Below are positions 28,291 through 37,654 of a stretch of 64,000 bases of DNA, piece by piece. The stretch comes from Bdellovibrionales bacterium (GTDB lineage: Archaea > Nanobdellota > Nanobdellia > Woesearchaeales > UBA583), in contig CAXPJQ010000059.1 of assembly GCA_964217375.1 (NCBI GenBank), forward strand, positions 11,208 through 75,207. The letters are read 5' to 3'. Within the stretch, counting starts at the first letter, position 1, and each line of letters opens with the position of its first letter. The position numbers and the translations under genes are program-made. A model generated the notes under the pieces. The model was not told the DNA's origin. It worked only from the letters and a program-made list of their open reading frames with translations, and ran no database searches.

Positions 28291-30117
28291 TTATAAATAA
28301 ACTTCTTCAACTTTAAAGAGTTTTTTAACTGCTTTTAATAAAGAATCATCTAAATTAAGGGCTGAGAATTTTGAAGTATCCACATAGTTATCTCTAGTTT
28401 TCTCAACTTTTTCAAATGAAGTTTTTTTCATCTCATAACAATCTCCACTTGATACATCAATTAAAACTCTAACTCCATCATAATTAAAAACTTCACAAGT
28501 TTTATTTTCTGAATGTGTTAATGTTAATTTTCTTCTATTTAATTCTGATAAAATGCTTTTATCCCTAAAATCTTTAATTTCAGCTAAAACATTTCTTACA
28601 TCTTTTAATACTTTATTTACTTCAGTTGTTGTAATTTTTCCTGAATCAAAATCTTTTTTCCCTTTAATAATTGAGGCAAGAGATTTTTTCACAAAAGGTT
28701 GTAATTTTCCTGAATTAACAAAATCACTCTCAAATTGAGTCATAATTTTTTTCTCGGAAATTTCCCCTAACCCTGGTAATGTTCTTAATTGTGTTAATAA
28801 CTCCCCATATGCTGAAATTACTGACTCTTTAGTTTTATCCTCAGTTACTTCCTCAAACATTTTTTTCATATTTTTTAAGAAAGAATCTGCATTTTTAAGC
28901 ATTTTATCAACATCTCCTCCTTTAACTTCAGTTTCTCTATCATGTTCAATTTTTTTAAACATTGCAACTGTATCCTCAAGAGTTTTAACATCTTTTGCTG
29001 AAACACATTTTTCTTTCTCAAGTAAAACCTCTTTAAAAATTTTAACTGTCTCTTTAGGAGTTGTAGGGTTAAATCCTTTAAGCATTAAAATTGCTTGAGC
29101 TGGGTTTAATACTGCATAATACACATCATTCATTACAATTTCAGATAACTGTTTTTTAGCTCTATCAGTTAATTGATGTGCAACATTCATATGCATATCA
29201 ATTGCCTCTGGTGATGGTCTAATTTTCCCTAACTTTAACAATTCTTTCCAAGAATTATATAATCCTCTATCATAAAATGGAACTCCATCTCTTAAGAAAG
29301 TAAACATAACTGGATGTGCATCTTTTAGAGCATCCCAGAAATCAGTTAATAAATATACTTGAGTATGTACATTAATTCCTGTAAGTTGTGCAACTTCTTG
29401 AGCCATTTGCCAAATAATTCTAGTTAATTGTTCTTTAACTTGCATCCTAGGCATTCTCTTAACATCAGTATCATCAACCACAACAAAAACATCAAAATCA
29501 TTTGATTTCTCTCCTCTAAGCCAAGATCCAGCTCCTGCGTAAACTACAACATACTTCTCAAATTTTTGTAAAAGCATATTTCTATGAATATCAATTGATT
29601 TTAAAGCTGAAATAAATCCTCTTGGGTCTTCAAATACAAATGATGAACCAAGAGATTTTAAGTCATCATATACTGAATCAAAACAGTTCTCTCTTAAAAT
29701 TGAAATTGATGATCCAACAAATTTAATTTCTTTATTATCTTTAAAATGATATTGAGCATATTCTTGTCCATATTCATCTTTTTTCTTCTCTTCAATTAAA
29801 AAATTTTCAAATTCTTCTTGAAGTAATAACTTAGGGTCAAATACTGGAATTGGTTTATCAAAGTCATCAAGTAAAAAATTAAATGTCAATTTATCAAAAT
29901 TAGGTATAGCTTGGTTATTTTTAACTTCAATACTTGGGTTAATGTAAAATCCCATGGATTTACCCATTGCCTTTTTATTTACAATATCTGCAAATTTTCT
30001 AAAAAAATCTTTATGTTTTTCAAGTTTTGATTTAATATCTTGAGGTAATCTTGCAATTTCTTTCTCAAAAATTGAGATTTCCTCTTTTTTCTCTACTTTT
30101 TTCTCAGTCTGAGCCAT
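28291..30117 (-). CDS. Nucleotidyltransferase (Pol-beta superfamily) fused to HEPN-like helical domain
   Basis: GSWLRGEKSNDFDVFVVVDD NTase motif; helical DVYYAVLNPAQAIL segment. Confidence 0.75.
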   Translation of the reverse strand: MAQTEKKVEKKEEISIFEKEIARLPQDIKSKLEKHKDFFRKFADIVNKKAMGKSMGFYINPSIEVKNNQAIPNFDKLTFNFLLDDFDKPIPVFDPKLLLQEEFENFLIEEKKKDEYGQEYAQYHFKDNKEIKFVGSSISILRENCFDSVYDDLKSLGSSFVFEDPRGFISALKSIDIHRNMLLQKFEKYVVVYAGAGSWLRGEKSNDFDVFVVVDDTDVKRMPRMQVKEQLTRIIWQMAQEVAQLTGINVHTQVYLLTDFWDALKDAHPVMFTFLRDGVPFYDRGLYNSWKELLKLGKIRPSPEAIDMHMNVAHQLTDRAKKQLSEIVMNDVYYAVLNPAQAILMLKGFNPTTPKETVKIFKEVLLEKEKCVSAKDVKTLEDTVAMFKKIEHDRETEVKGGDVDKMLKNADSFLKNMKKMFEEVTEDKTKESVISAYGELLTQLRTLPGLGEISEKKIMTQFESDFVNSGKLQPFVKKSLASIIKGKKDFDSGKITTTEVNKVLKDVRNVLAEIKDFRDKSILSELNRRKLTLTHSENKTCEVFNYDGVRVLIDVSSGDCYEMKKTSFEKVEKTRDNYVDTSKFSALNLDDSLLKAVKKLFKVEEVYL

Positions 30118-30179
30118 ACCATTATAACTTAAATAATACTTTATAAGTTTTACTTTAATTTGTCAAGTTAAAAAAATAT

Positions 30180-30977
30180 TTATCCATAAGCCTCGTATTT
30201 TTTTAAACCTATTTTCCAATTAAAATAAATTAAAATATTTAAAATTAAAATAATTAAAAAAAATATTAAAAATAAATCCAAATAAAAAAAATAATCTATA
30301 TTAATATCATTTAATAAGGGAATTATTAATTTTCCAATAATATATGCAGGAAATAAAAAAAATAAATTAACTAATTTAAATTTATTAAAAAAAGGTGCAG
30401 GATATAAAACAAAAAGTGAGTTAGTCCTATATAATAGATTAGTTAAATTTTTTTCAAAATTTTTATAAAAAAAAGCAATTGAATAAATTAAATTATACAA
30501 AGAAAAATAAATTAAAATACAAAACAAAAAAAGAATTAGCAAGAAAATACAATTTAATAAATTCATCTGAAAACTCATAATTAAAATTATTAAAATTGGA
30601 ACATTAACAATTACATATGTTAATGAGGATGGAGATAAATCTGAAAAATGATATTTAAATAATAATTCTCCAGGTCTTACTAATAAATTATTTAGTTCTC
30701 CTTTTAAAATTATTTCAGTAAGAAAATCACTCTTCCATGCAAAAATTCCTGCAGTTGTCCTTAGAGTATCTTCAATTAAAATAAATGTAAAAATTAAAAC
30801 TGAACTCCAAGTAATAATTTCATCAAAATTTTGATTTAAAACTAAAACGAAAATAAAAAAAGTTGAAAGGTAAAAAATTTGTTCAAAAAAAGCTGAATAA
30901 AAATTTGATTTATACTCAATTAATCTCTTTAACATAATCTTAACATTCTCAAAAATATAATTAATATAAAAATTCAT
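30180..30977 (-). CDS. ABC-2 type permease (DUF990/ABC2_membrane_6-like), variable copy 1
   Basis: About 6 TM; GELNNLLVRP; ends GLKKYEAYG; likely start MNFYIN at 30977. Confidence 0.8.
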   Translation of the reverse strand: MNFYINYIFENVKIMLKRLIEYKSNFYSAFFEQIFYLSTFFIFVLVLNQNFDEIITWSSVLIFTFILIEDTLRTTAGIFAWKSDFLTEIILKGELNNLLVRPGELLFKYHFSDLSPSSLTYVIVNVPILIILIMSFQMNLLNCIFLLILFLFCILIYFSLYNLIYSIAFFYKNFEKNLTNLLYRTNSLFVLYPAPFFNKFKLVNLFFLFPAYIIGKLIIPLLNDINIDYFFYLDLFLIFFLIILILNILIYFNWKIGLKKYEAYG

Positions 30978-31026
30978 TTTTATCCAAAAGCCTCGTATTT
31001 TTTTAGGCCAATTTTCCAATTAAATA
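30973..31026. repeat. 54-nt permease junction repeat, identical to 31767-31820
   Basis: TTCATTTTTATCCAAAAGCCTCGTATTTTTTTAGGCCAATTTTCCAATTAAATA at both sites. Confidence 0.9.
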
Positions 31027-31771
31027 AAAATAGTATTAAGTAAATAAAAATTGCCATAAACAAATAAAAAAATAAATCAAATCTTGATATATTTAAATTA
31101 TTTGGAAATAAAAATAAAACTAAAATTGAGTGGAAAAAAATAAATAAAAGAAATTTAAATTTAATCAACTTAAAAAAATTAATCGGATAATTTGATAAAA
31201 TTCCACTAACTGGATAAAATATTTTTAAAATCTCAAAATCTAATTTTTTATAATAAAAACCTAAAGTTTCAATTAATTGATGAAAAAGAAATTGATAAAC
31301 AATTAATATTAATACTAATAAAAACCAAACTAAAAGATTAATCTCTCTTTCATTAAAAAAAATTAATAAAACAAATAATTCAAATAAAGAAAATAAAAAA
31401 TAAATCAATGCAGAAGAAGATAAATTATGAAAATAATATTTTAACTTTATATTAAGAGGCATTACTAAATGATTATTAAATTGAGAATTAATAATTGAAT
31501 AAGAAATTGATTTTCCCCAGATAAAAAAACCAATGAATTGATAAATAATTTTAATTAAAACCTGATAAATAAGAAAATCAACAAAACTCCAACCTATCAC
31601 ATCTCCAAAATTTTTAGCAACAATGAAACTTACAAAATAAGAAATTATAACATAAATTATTTGTATTAAAAACACAGAGTATAAGTTTGCTCTATACTCT
31701 TTCATTGTTTGAAACATCAAAAATAAGTTTACTTTAAACAAATCAAAATATCTTGAATTAAACTCTTTCAT
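30980..31771 (-). CDS. ABC-2 type permease, variable copy 2
   Basis: EYRAN, FNNHLVMP; ends GLKKYEAFG; likely start MKEFNS at 31771. Confidence 0.8.
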   Translation of the reverse strand: MKEFNSRYFDLFKVNLFLMFQTMKEYRANLYSVFLIQIIYVIISYFVSFIVAKNFGDVIGWSFVDFLIYQVLIKIIYQFIGFFIWGKSISYSIINSQFNNHLVMPLNIKLKYYFHNLSSSALIYFLFSLFELFVLLIFFNEREINLLVWFLLVLILIVYQFLFHQLIETLGFYYKKLDFEILKIFYPVSGILSNYPINFFKLIKFKFLLFIFFHSILVLFLFPNNLNISRFDLFFYLFMAIFIYLILFLFNWKIGLKKYEAFG

Positions 31772-31773
31772 TT

Positions 31774-32583
31774 TTATCCAAAAGCCTCGTATTTTTTTAG
31801 GCCAATTTTCCAATTAAATATTAATATAATTAACAAAACTAAATTTATTAAAAAAAATATGTGTATTGAATTAATAATGTTTAAATAATTATTATCAAAT
31901 AAAGGAATTAAAAAATAACCTATTGAAAATAATGGAAAGAAAATAAAAATTTTATGTAAAAAAAAATTTGAGAATAAAGGTGCAGGTAAATATTTAAAAT
32001 TAATATCGGTAAAAACTAATTTAGATCTAATATTATTGATTGATTTTTTAAATTTAAATCCAAAAGAATCAATAAAATGATAAAATATTAAGTATTGGAT
32101 AAAAAATAAAAAAATAAGTAAAAAAAATATAATTAAAGATAAAAAGGTAATATTAGTTTTAAACATAAAATAAATTATAAATGGAATATAAATCAAATTA
32201 ATAATAACTGTATTAAATGAATGTGAAAAAATATAGTTAAAAAAAGGATTTACAGGTTTTGTAAGTAAAATATTTAATTTCCCTGTTACAATATACTCAG
32301 CAAGAGATCTTCCAAAAAAAGTAACTCCTGCTACATTATTAAGAAAAGTCCCAATTAGATATAATAATAAAAAATCAATATAACTCCAATCAATTAATAA
32401 AGAAAAATTTTGAATTGAAATTGTTGCAGTTGCTAAAACAAAAAACAAGTCTGAAATTTCTCCTAAAATTAAAGCATAAAAAGTTGGTTTATATTCTAAA
32501 AGAGATTTTATTGAAATTTTAAAATTAGTTAAAAATATTTCAAAATATTTTTTAAAAATACCCCTAGTTTTTAAATATGCCAT
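31774..32583 (-). CDS. ABC-2 type permease, variable copy 3
   Basis: GKLNILLTKPVNPF; ends GLKKYEAFG. Confidence 0.8.
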   Translation of the reverse strand: MAYLKTRGIFKKYFEIFLTNFKISIKSLLEYKPTFYALILGEISDLFFVLATATISIQNFSLLIDWSYIDFLLLYLIGTFLNNVAGVTFFGRSLAEYIVTGKLNILLTKPVNPFFNYIFSHSFNTVIINLIYIPFIIYFMFKTNITFLSLIIFFLLIFLFFIQYLIFYHFIDSFGFKFKKSINNIRSKLVFTDINFKYLPAPLFSNFFLHKIFIFFPLFSIGYFLIPLFDNNYLNIINSIHIFFLINLVLLIILIFNWKIGLKKYEAFG

Positions 32584-32585
32584 TT

Positions 32586-33371
32586 TTATCCAAAAGCCTC
32601 ATACTTTTTTAAGCCATAATGCCACTCAATTAATAATATAATAAAACAAATTAATCCAAAAAATAAAAAATTAGGTAAATATACAAATACTTCAGTTGTT
32701 CTTCCTTTAAGAATTTCTATGAAGAAGTAATCAATAAAAGCAACTGGAAATAAATAAACTAACTCAACTATTTTTGTATTCTCAAAAAATTTAGGAGTAT
32801 AAGTTTCAACAGTAGAATTTAAATTTCTATAATATATTTCAAAAAGGTAATTAACTAACCCTTTTGTAAAAAAAGCCATACTAAATATTACATTTAAAAA
32901 TAAAACTTGAATTAAAAAACCTATTAATACTATTAAAAAAGCAAATAAAAAATTGCTATAGTCTTGACTTATAAAAATTAAAGATAATGTAATTATAAAT
33001 AAAATAAATGTAAAAGGTATAAATGAACCTCTAATCTCGTGTAAAACTAAAAAAAAAAATGGATTAACTGGTTTTGATAAAATTGTATTTAACTTACCTC
33101 TCTTTAAAATAAATACTAACATTCTAACCCAAAAAAATCTTAAAAATAGTGAAGAAAAAAACCCCATAAAAAAAAATAAAATGAAATCATAAAAATTCCA
33201 ATCTAAAATTCCATTACTCAAGTCATTAAAAAAATAATAAAAAAATAAATATGTTATAGTTAAAGAAACATTTACTAAAAAGCCCATAAAAAAATCAATT
33301 TTATATTCTTTTAATTGTTTCAAAGCTAAGATAAATTGAATTTTATAAACTGAAAAAATATTGGTTTTCAT
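32586..33371 (-). CDS. ABC-2 type permease, variable copy 4
   Basis: GKLNTILSKPVNPF; ends GLKKYEAFG; likely start MKTNIF at 33371. Confidence 0.8.
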   Translation of the reverse strand: MKTNIFSVYKIQFILALKQLKEYKIDFFMGFLVNVSLTITYLFFYYFFNDLSNGILDWNFYDFILFFFMGFFSSLFLRFFWVRMLVFILKRGKLNTILSKPVNPFFFLVLHEIRGSFIPFTFILFIITLSLIFISQDYSNFLFAFLIVLIGFLIQVLFLNVIFSMAFFTKGLVNYLFEIYYRNLNSTVETYTPKFFENTKIVELVYLFPVAFIDYFFIEILKGRTTEVFVYLPNFLFFGLICFIILLIEWHYGLKKYEAFG

Positions 33372-33429
33372 TTTTTTATCCATAAGCCTCGTATTTTTTT
33401 AATCCGTAATGCCAAAGTAAATATGTTCC
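33366..33429. repeat. 64-nt permease junction repeat, 2 mismatches versus 34166-34229
   Basis: Direct comparison; copies offset by 800 nt, differing at 33406 and 33411. Confidence 0.85.
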
Positions 33430-34171
33430 AAGTATAAAAAAATAAGAATGTGAATAATATTCCAAAAAAATAATAATAAAACTCCAAAAAATTATTTTTT
33501 AAAATCTCAATATAAAAGTATCCAATTAAAGCATTAGGTAGTAAATATAAAAACCAAAGAATTGAATCTCTAAATACTCTTGGTGTGAATTGCTCATTTA
33601 AATAATGTAGTTGATTTGAAACACTCACAATAAATGAAATATCTTTAATGAAAAATGCAAATGATTGAAAAAAAGAGATAAAAAATACATAATAAATCAA
33701 ACCAAAAAATAAAATTAAAAATGAAAATAGATAATTTGAGTATTCTCCAAAAAAAAGTAATATTAAAAGTATTGGGATAAAAATAAAAGTAGTATAAATT
33801 GCTGAATCTTTATCTCTAAGAGATAAAGCTAAAAATGGATTAATTGGTTTTGAAATCCATATATTTAAGTCTCCATTTAATAGCTTTAAATTAAAATATC
33901 TTAACCTAAACCAATAAGTTGCTTTTGTAATTAATGAAATACTCACATAAAATAAAATAAAATCATAATAACTCCAAGATAAAAATTCTTTTGAAATATC
34001 TTGAAAGATATTATAAAAAAGCAAATATACTAAGGTTAAAATTATATCAAAATAAAATACTGAAAAAAAATTAGCAGGATACTCTTTTATCTGTTTAAAA
34101 GCTTGAGAATAAATTTCTTTCATAAAGTTAATATGTTTTCTAAATGTATTTATTTTATTAATCTCTTTCAT
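33368..34171 (-). pseudogene. ABC-2 type permease, variable copy 5, frameshifted near the C-terminus
   Basis: GDLNIWISKPINPF; the family tail LGTYLLWHYGLKKYEAYG* is present but out of frame beyond the A7 run at 33436-33442. Confidence 0.75.
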
Positions 34172-34175
34172 TTTT

Positions 34176-34967
34176 TTATCCATAAGCCTCGTATTTTTTT
34201 AATCCATAATACCAAAGTAAATATGTTCCTAAAATAAAGAAAATAAAACTTGAAAGTATTACTTCAAAATACTTAAAAAATAAATAATTTCCTTTCAAAA
34301 TATTAACTAGAATAAAACTTCCCAAAGCAGAAGGGAAAATATAAATAAATTTCAAAAATAAATTATCCCTAAATGAATTTGGAGTGAATTCTTTTATTCT
34401 ATTATTTATCTTACTAGAAATATCAACTAAAAAAAAATTATTTTTAATAAAAAAAGCAGTTGAAATAAAAAAAGTTACAAATATTATTTGATAAATTGCA
34501 GAAAAAATAAAGTAAAATAAAAAGATAAAATTAAATTGATAAAAATAGAAAAGTAAAAATAGAAAAGATAAAAAAACTAAAGATGAAACAACTAAAACTG
34601 CTCCATTAAATCTAGTTGAAAAATAAAAAAATGGATTAATTGGTTTTGATAAAACAATATTTAATTTACCTTCTAATAAATCCCTATTTAATCTCTTAAC
34701 TGAAAAAACTATTACAAATTTTCCAAGTAATAATAAAATAAAAATAAACATTAAATAATCTACTTCATTCCAATTTGAAATTGAAGAAATTAAAGGAAAA
34801 AAAGCTAAATAAAAAGAAATCATAACTAAAATATAAACTAAATTAATTAGTAAAGCAGACCATAAATTAGCTTTATACTCTTTATTTTGTTTTAAAGCAA
34901 CACTAAAAATCTCAACTAAAACATCAAAATATTTAATGAAAATACTTCTATCTCTAAACTCTTTCAT
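34176..34967 (-). CDS. ABC-2 type permease, variable copy 6
   Basis: GKLNIVLSKPINPF; ends GLKKYEAYG; likely start MKEFRD at 34967. Confidence 0.8.
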   Translation of the reverse strand: MKEFRDRSIFIKYFDVLVEIFSVALKQNKEYKANLWSALLINLVYILVMISFYLAFFPLISSISNWNEVDYLMFIFILLLLGKFVIVFSVKRLNRDLLEGKLNIVLSKPINPFFYFSTRFNGAVLVVSSLVFLSFLFLLFYFYQFNFIFLFYFIFSAIYQIIFVTFFISTAFFIKNNFFLVDISSKINNRIKEFTPNSFRDNLFLKFIYIFPSALGSFILVNILKGNYLFFKYFEVILSSFIFFILGTYLLWYYGLKKYEAYG

Positions 34968-34971
34968 TTTT

Positions 34972-35784
34972 CTATCCAAAAGCCTCATATTTTTTTAAAC
35001 CATAATGCCAAATTATTTTTTCAAGAAAAATTAAAAAAATTAAAAATAAACCTCCTAAAATATAACTCAAATAAATTAAATCTAGAGAAACTTTTCCAAA
35101 GTAAAAAGAAATAGGTAAAACTCCATAAAGAGAAAAACCTATTATTAAACCAAAGAAAAATAAACTATTTTCAAATAATATTATTGGAAATTGGTGATAT
35201 AATCCGTCAAATCTTCTAAAAAATTTTAAAATTAAATAATTTTCTTTAATAAAAAAAGCAAGAGAATCTAAAACTCTAAATTCAAAAACTAAAATTCCTA
35301 TACCAATTAAGGAAATTAAAAAAGTTAGAATATAACTAGGATTTAAAAAGTTAAAATATAATCCAAAAAATAAAAATAAAATTAAATCAAAAAAGCAATA
35401 AAATAAAGCATAATATGGAAAATAAGTAATTGTACAAAAAAAATTAGTTAAAATTGGTTTAGTTAAATATAAATTTAAATCTCCTAATTTAATAGTATTT
35501 GAAAATTTTTTATACCACAAAAACAACCCAAAACTCATAACTAAAACTTGAGAATGTAAAAACATAAATATAATTTCAAAAATTGTAAAATCAATAAAAG
35601 AAAAATTATTTAATACAACTATTGTTGAAAAAATCATTACTAAATTAAATGTTAAATGGGAAATTGTTCCAGTATAAAACTGAGCCTTATATTGAAGAGC
35701 TTCTTTAATCCCAATACTAAATCTAGTTAAGAAAACATCAAAATATTTACCAATACAATTCCTTTTAACAAATTCTAAACTCAT
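34972..35784 (-). CDS. ABC-2 type permease, variable copy 7
   Basis: GDLNLYLTKP; ends GLKKYEAFG. Confidence 0.8.
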   Translation of the reverse strand: MSLEFVKRNCIGKYFDVFLTRFSIGIKEALQYKAQFYTGTISHLTFNLVMIFSTIVVLNNFSFIDFTIFEIIFMFLHSQVLVMSFGLFLWYKKFSNTIKLGDLNLYLTKPILTNFFCTITYFPYYALFYCFFDLILFLFFGLYFNFLNPSYILTFLISLIGIGILVFEFRVLDSLAFFIKENYLILKFFRRFDGLYHQFPIILFENSLFFFGLIIGFSLYGVLPISFYFGKVSLDLIYLSYILGGLFLIFLIFLEKIIWHYGLKKYEAFG

Positions 35785-35793
35785 AAGAGAGTT

Positions 35794-36633
35794 TTAACCT
35801 CCAAAACTCTCTAATTTTGCAAATCCTTTTTTATATAAATATCTCATAAGTAATGCAAGTAAAATAATCCAGAAAGTGAAAATCCCCATAGCTTTTAATG
35901 CTTCAATTAAAGTTAATTTCCCAAGATATAGTGATGCAAAAGTAAATTCTAAATATAAAAAAGGAGTCCACGCTAAAAAGCTCTGCATCCACATTGGAAA
36001 TAAAGTTAGAGGTAATACCCTTCCTGATAAAATCCATAAAATTTGTTCAATTGATGCTTTAATCCCCCAAATTTCTACAAACCAAAAAGATAACCCTCCA
36101 ATAATTACATACAATACTATATCAAAAATTAACATTAAAAATAAATAAATTACAAATACAATCCAAATTGATCCACTTGGTGTTGGCAAATCAAATAGAT
36201 AAGTCATTACAATTAAAAGAATTGTAAATACAAATAAATTAACTACTTTAGATCCAATTCCATCTGTAAGTAAAGACTTTACAAAATTTACTGGCCTACA
36301 TAAAAAAATTGAAATATCTCCAGATTTAATTGTCTGAGAAATTCTATCTGCAATTTCTGAGGATCTTGCAGTATTTAAAAGTAAACCAATTATTAAATAA
36401 ACCATCATTTCCTGAAAAGTAAATCCTCCAATTGTAAATTCTGAAAGTGATGATACTAAAGCTGTTCCCTCAGCAAGAGCTGTCTCAAATTTTACTTGAT
36501 AAATATAAGACCAAATGTAATAAAAAAACACCCCCATAAATGCAGGTGTTACTAATGCTCCAATTAAATATGACTTATATTCAATTGAAGTTTTAAATCC
36601 AAGTTTAAAATATTCTAAATATTTGTTTGACAT
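35794..36633 (-). CDS. ABC-2 type permease, single-copy partner subunit
   Basis: IKSGDISIFLCRPVN, LSGRVLPLTLFP, C-terminal ESFGG; a different subtype from the ten YEA[F/Y]G copies. Confidence 0.85.
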   Translation of the reverse strand: MSNKYLEYFKLGFKTSIEYKSYLIGALVTPAFMGVFFYYIWSYIYQVKFETALAEGTALVSSLSEFTIGGFTFQEMMVYLIIGLLLNTARSSEIADRISQTIKSGDISIFLCRPVNFVKSLLTDGIGSKVVNLFVFTILLIVMTYLFDLPTPSGSIWIVFVIYLFLMLIFDIVLYVIIGGLSFWFVEIWGIKASIEQILWILSGRVLPLTLFPMWMQSFLAWTPFLYLEFTFASLYLGKLTLIEALKAMGIFTFWIILLALLMRYLYKKGFAKLESFGG

Positions 36634-36636
36634 TTT

Positions 36637-37653
36637 TTAATTTAATTCCTCCAATGTTTTTTTTAACTCTTCTACACTTGGAAGCAACCCTTCAAATTTT
36701 TTAGGGAGACTTTTTGTAGTATTGTAGGTTCCAACACCAATTGGTTTTGAAGAATCTTTAAGAGAATATTCTACAATGGTTCTATTTTTTTCTTTACACA
36801 ATATAATTCCAATAGAAGGATTTTCATGTTTTAATTTAACTTTTTCATTTAGAGCAGATAAATAAAAATTCATTTTTCCTGCAAATTCTGGTTTAAATTC
36901 AGTTATTTTTAATTCAATTGCAACTAAACATTGGAGCTCTCTATGAAACAAAAGTACATCAATAAAATATTCTTGATCTCCTATTTCTAATTTATATTGT
37001 GTTCCAACTAAAGAAAAAAAGCCTCCAAATTCTTGTAAACTTTTTTTAATATGTAAAATTAAAGATTCTTCTAGTTCTCTTTCTGAATGTTCTGCACTAA
37101 GCTCTAAAAAATCAAAAGTATATTCATCTTTTATTGCAAGTTTTGCCTGAGACTTAAGATGATTAGGTAAACTTTTTTCAAAATTTGTTTGATTTGTCAT
37201 ATACTTTTCATAAGATTGGTTTTCAATTTGATGTTTTAAAACATTTTTTGTCCATCCAAATTTTTTTGTCATCTTAATGTAAAACTCTCTTTCTAATTCA
37301 TTTTTACATTTTTCAAAAATTAAAACATTTTTTGTCCAACTAATTTCACGCACCAATGGTGCGAGTTTTTCATTATCAAAATAAGAAGAGTAAAATGCTT
37401 TCATTCTTCTAAGAGTTCCAGCTGAGAAACCTGAAATTCCTGGAAATTCTAATTGTAATTCTTTTGAAAGGTTCTCAACAACAGAATCTCCCCAAGAATA
37501 TTTTTTTTGTTTCTCAACAATAAATTTACCTAAATTCCAATATAAATTAATTAATTCTTTATTTACAGTTTTAAGTGCTTTATATTGAGATTCTAAAATT
37601 AAAGATTTCACCTCAACTACAAAATTTTTAAAATTTTTATCTAAATCTGACAT
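36637..37653 (-). CDS. YhcG/DUF1016 PD-(D/E)XK nuclease domain protein
   Basis: LYWNLG, WGDSVV, SWTKN, KDEYTFDFL, FIDVLLFHRELQCLVAIELK, GKMNFYL, SIGIILC. Confidence 0.92.
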   Translation of the reverse strand: MSDLDKNFKNFVVEVKSLILESQYKALKTVNKELINLYWNLGKFIVEKQKKYSWGDSVVENLSKELQLEFPGISGFSAGTLRRMKAFYSSYFDNEKLAPLVREISWTKNVLIFEKCKNELEREFYIKMTKKFGWTKNVLKHQIENQSYEKYMTNQTNFEKSLPNHLKSQAKLAIKDEYTFDFLELSAEHSERELEESLILHIKKSLQEFGGFFSLVGTQYKLEIGDQEYFIDVLLFHRELQCLVAIELKITEFKPEFAGKMNFYLSALNEKVKLKHENPSIGIILCKEKNRTIVEYSLKDSSKPIGVGTYNTTKSLPKKFEGLLPSVEELKKTLEELN

Positions 37654-37654
37654 T

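Noticed and set aside
30978..31813. Identical N-termini MENWPKKIRGFWIKM (and MDKKM) in the ORF track
   Set aside because: These are alternate-frame readings of the upstream gene's conserved tail; the likely starts are the ATGs just after each stop
30180..35784. Periodic junction repeats as a CRISPR array
   Set aside because: The repeats are coding 3' ends about 800 nt apart with whole genes between them; no cas genes are present
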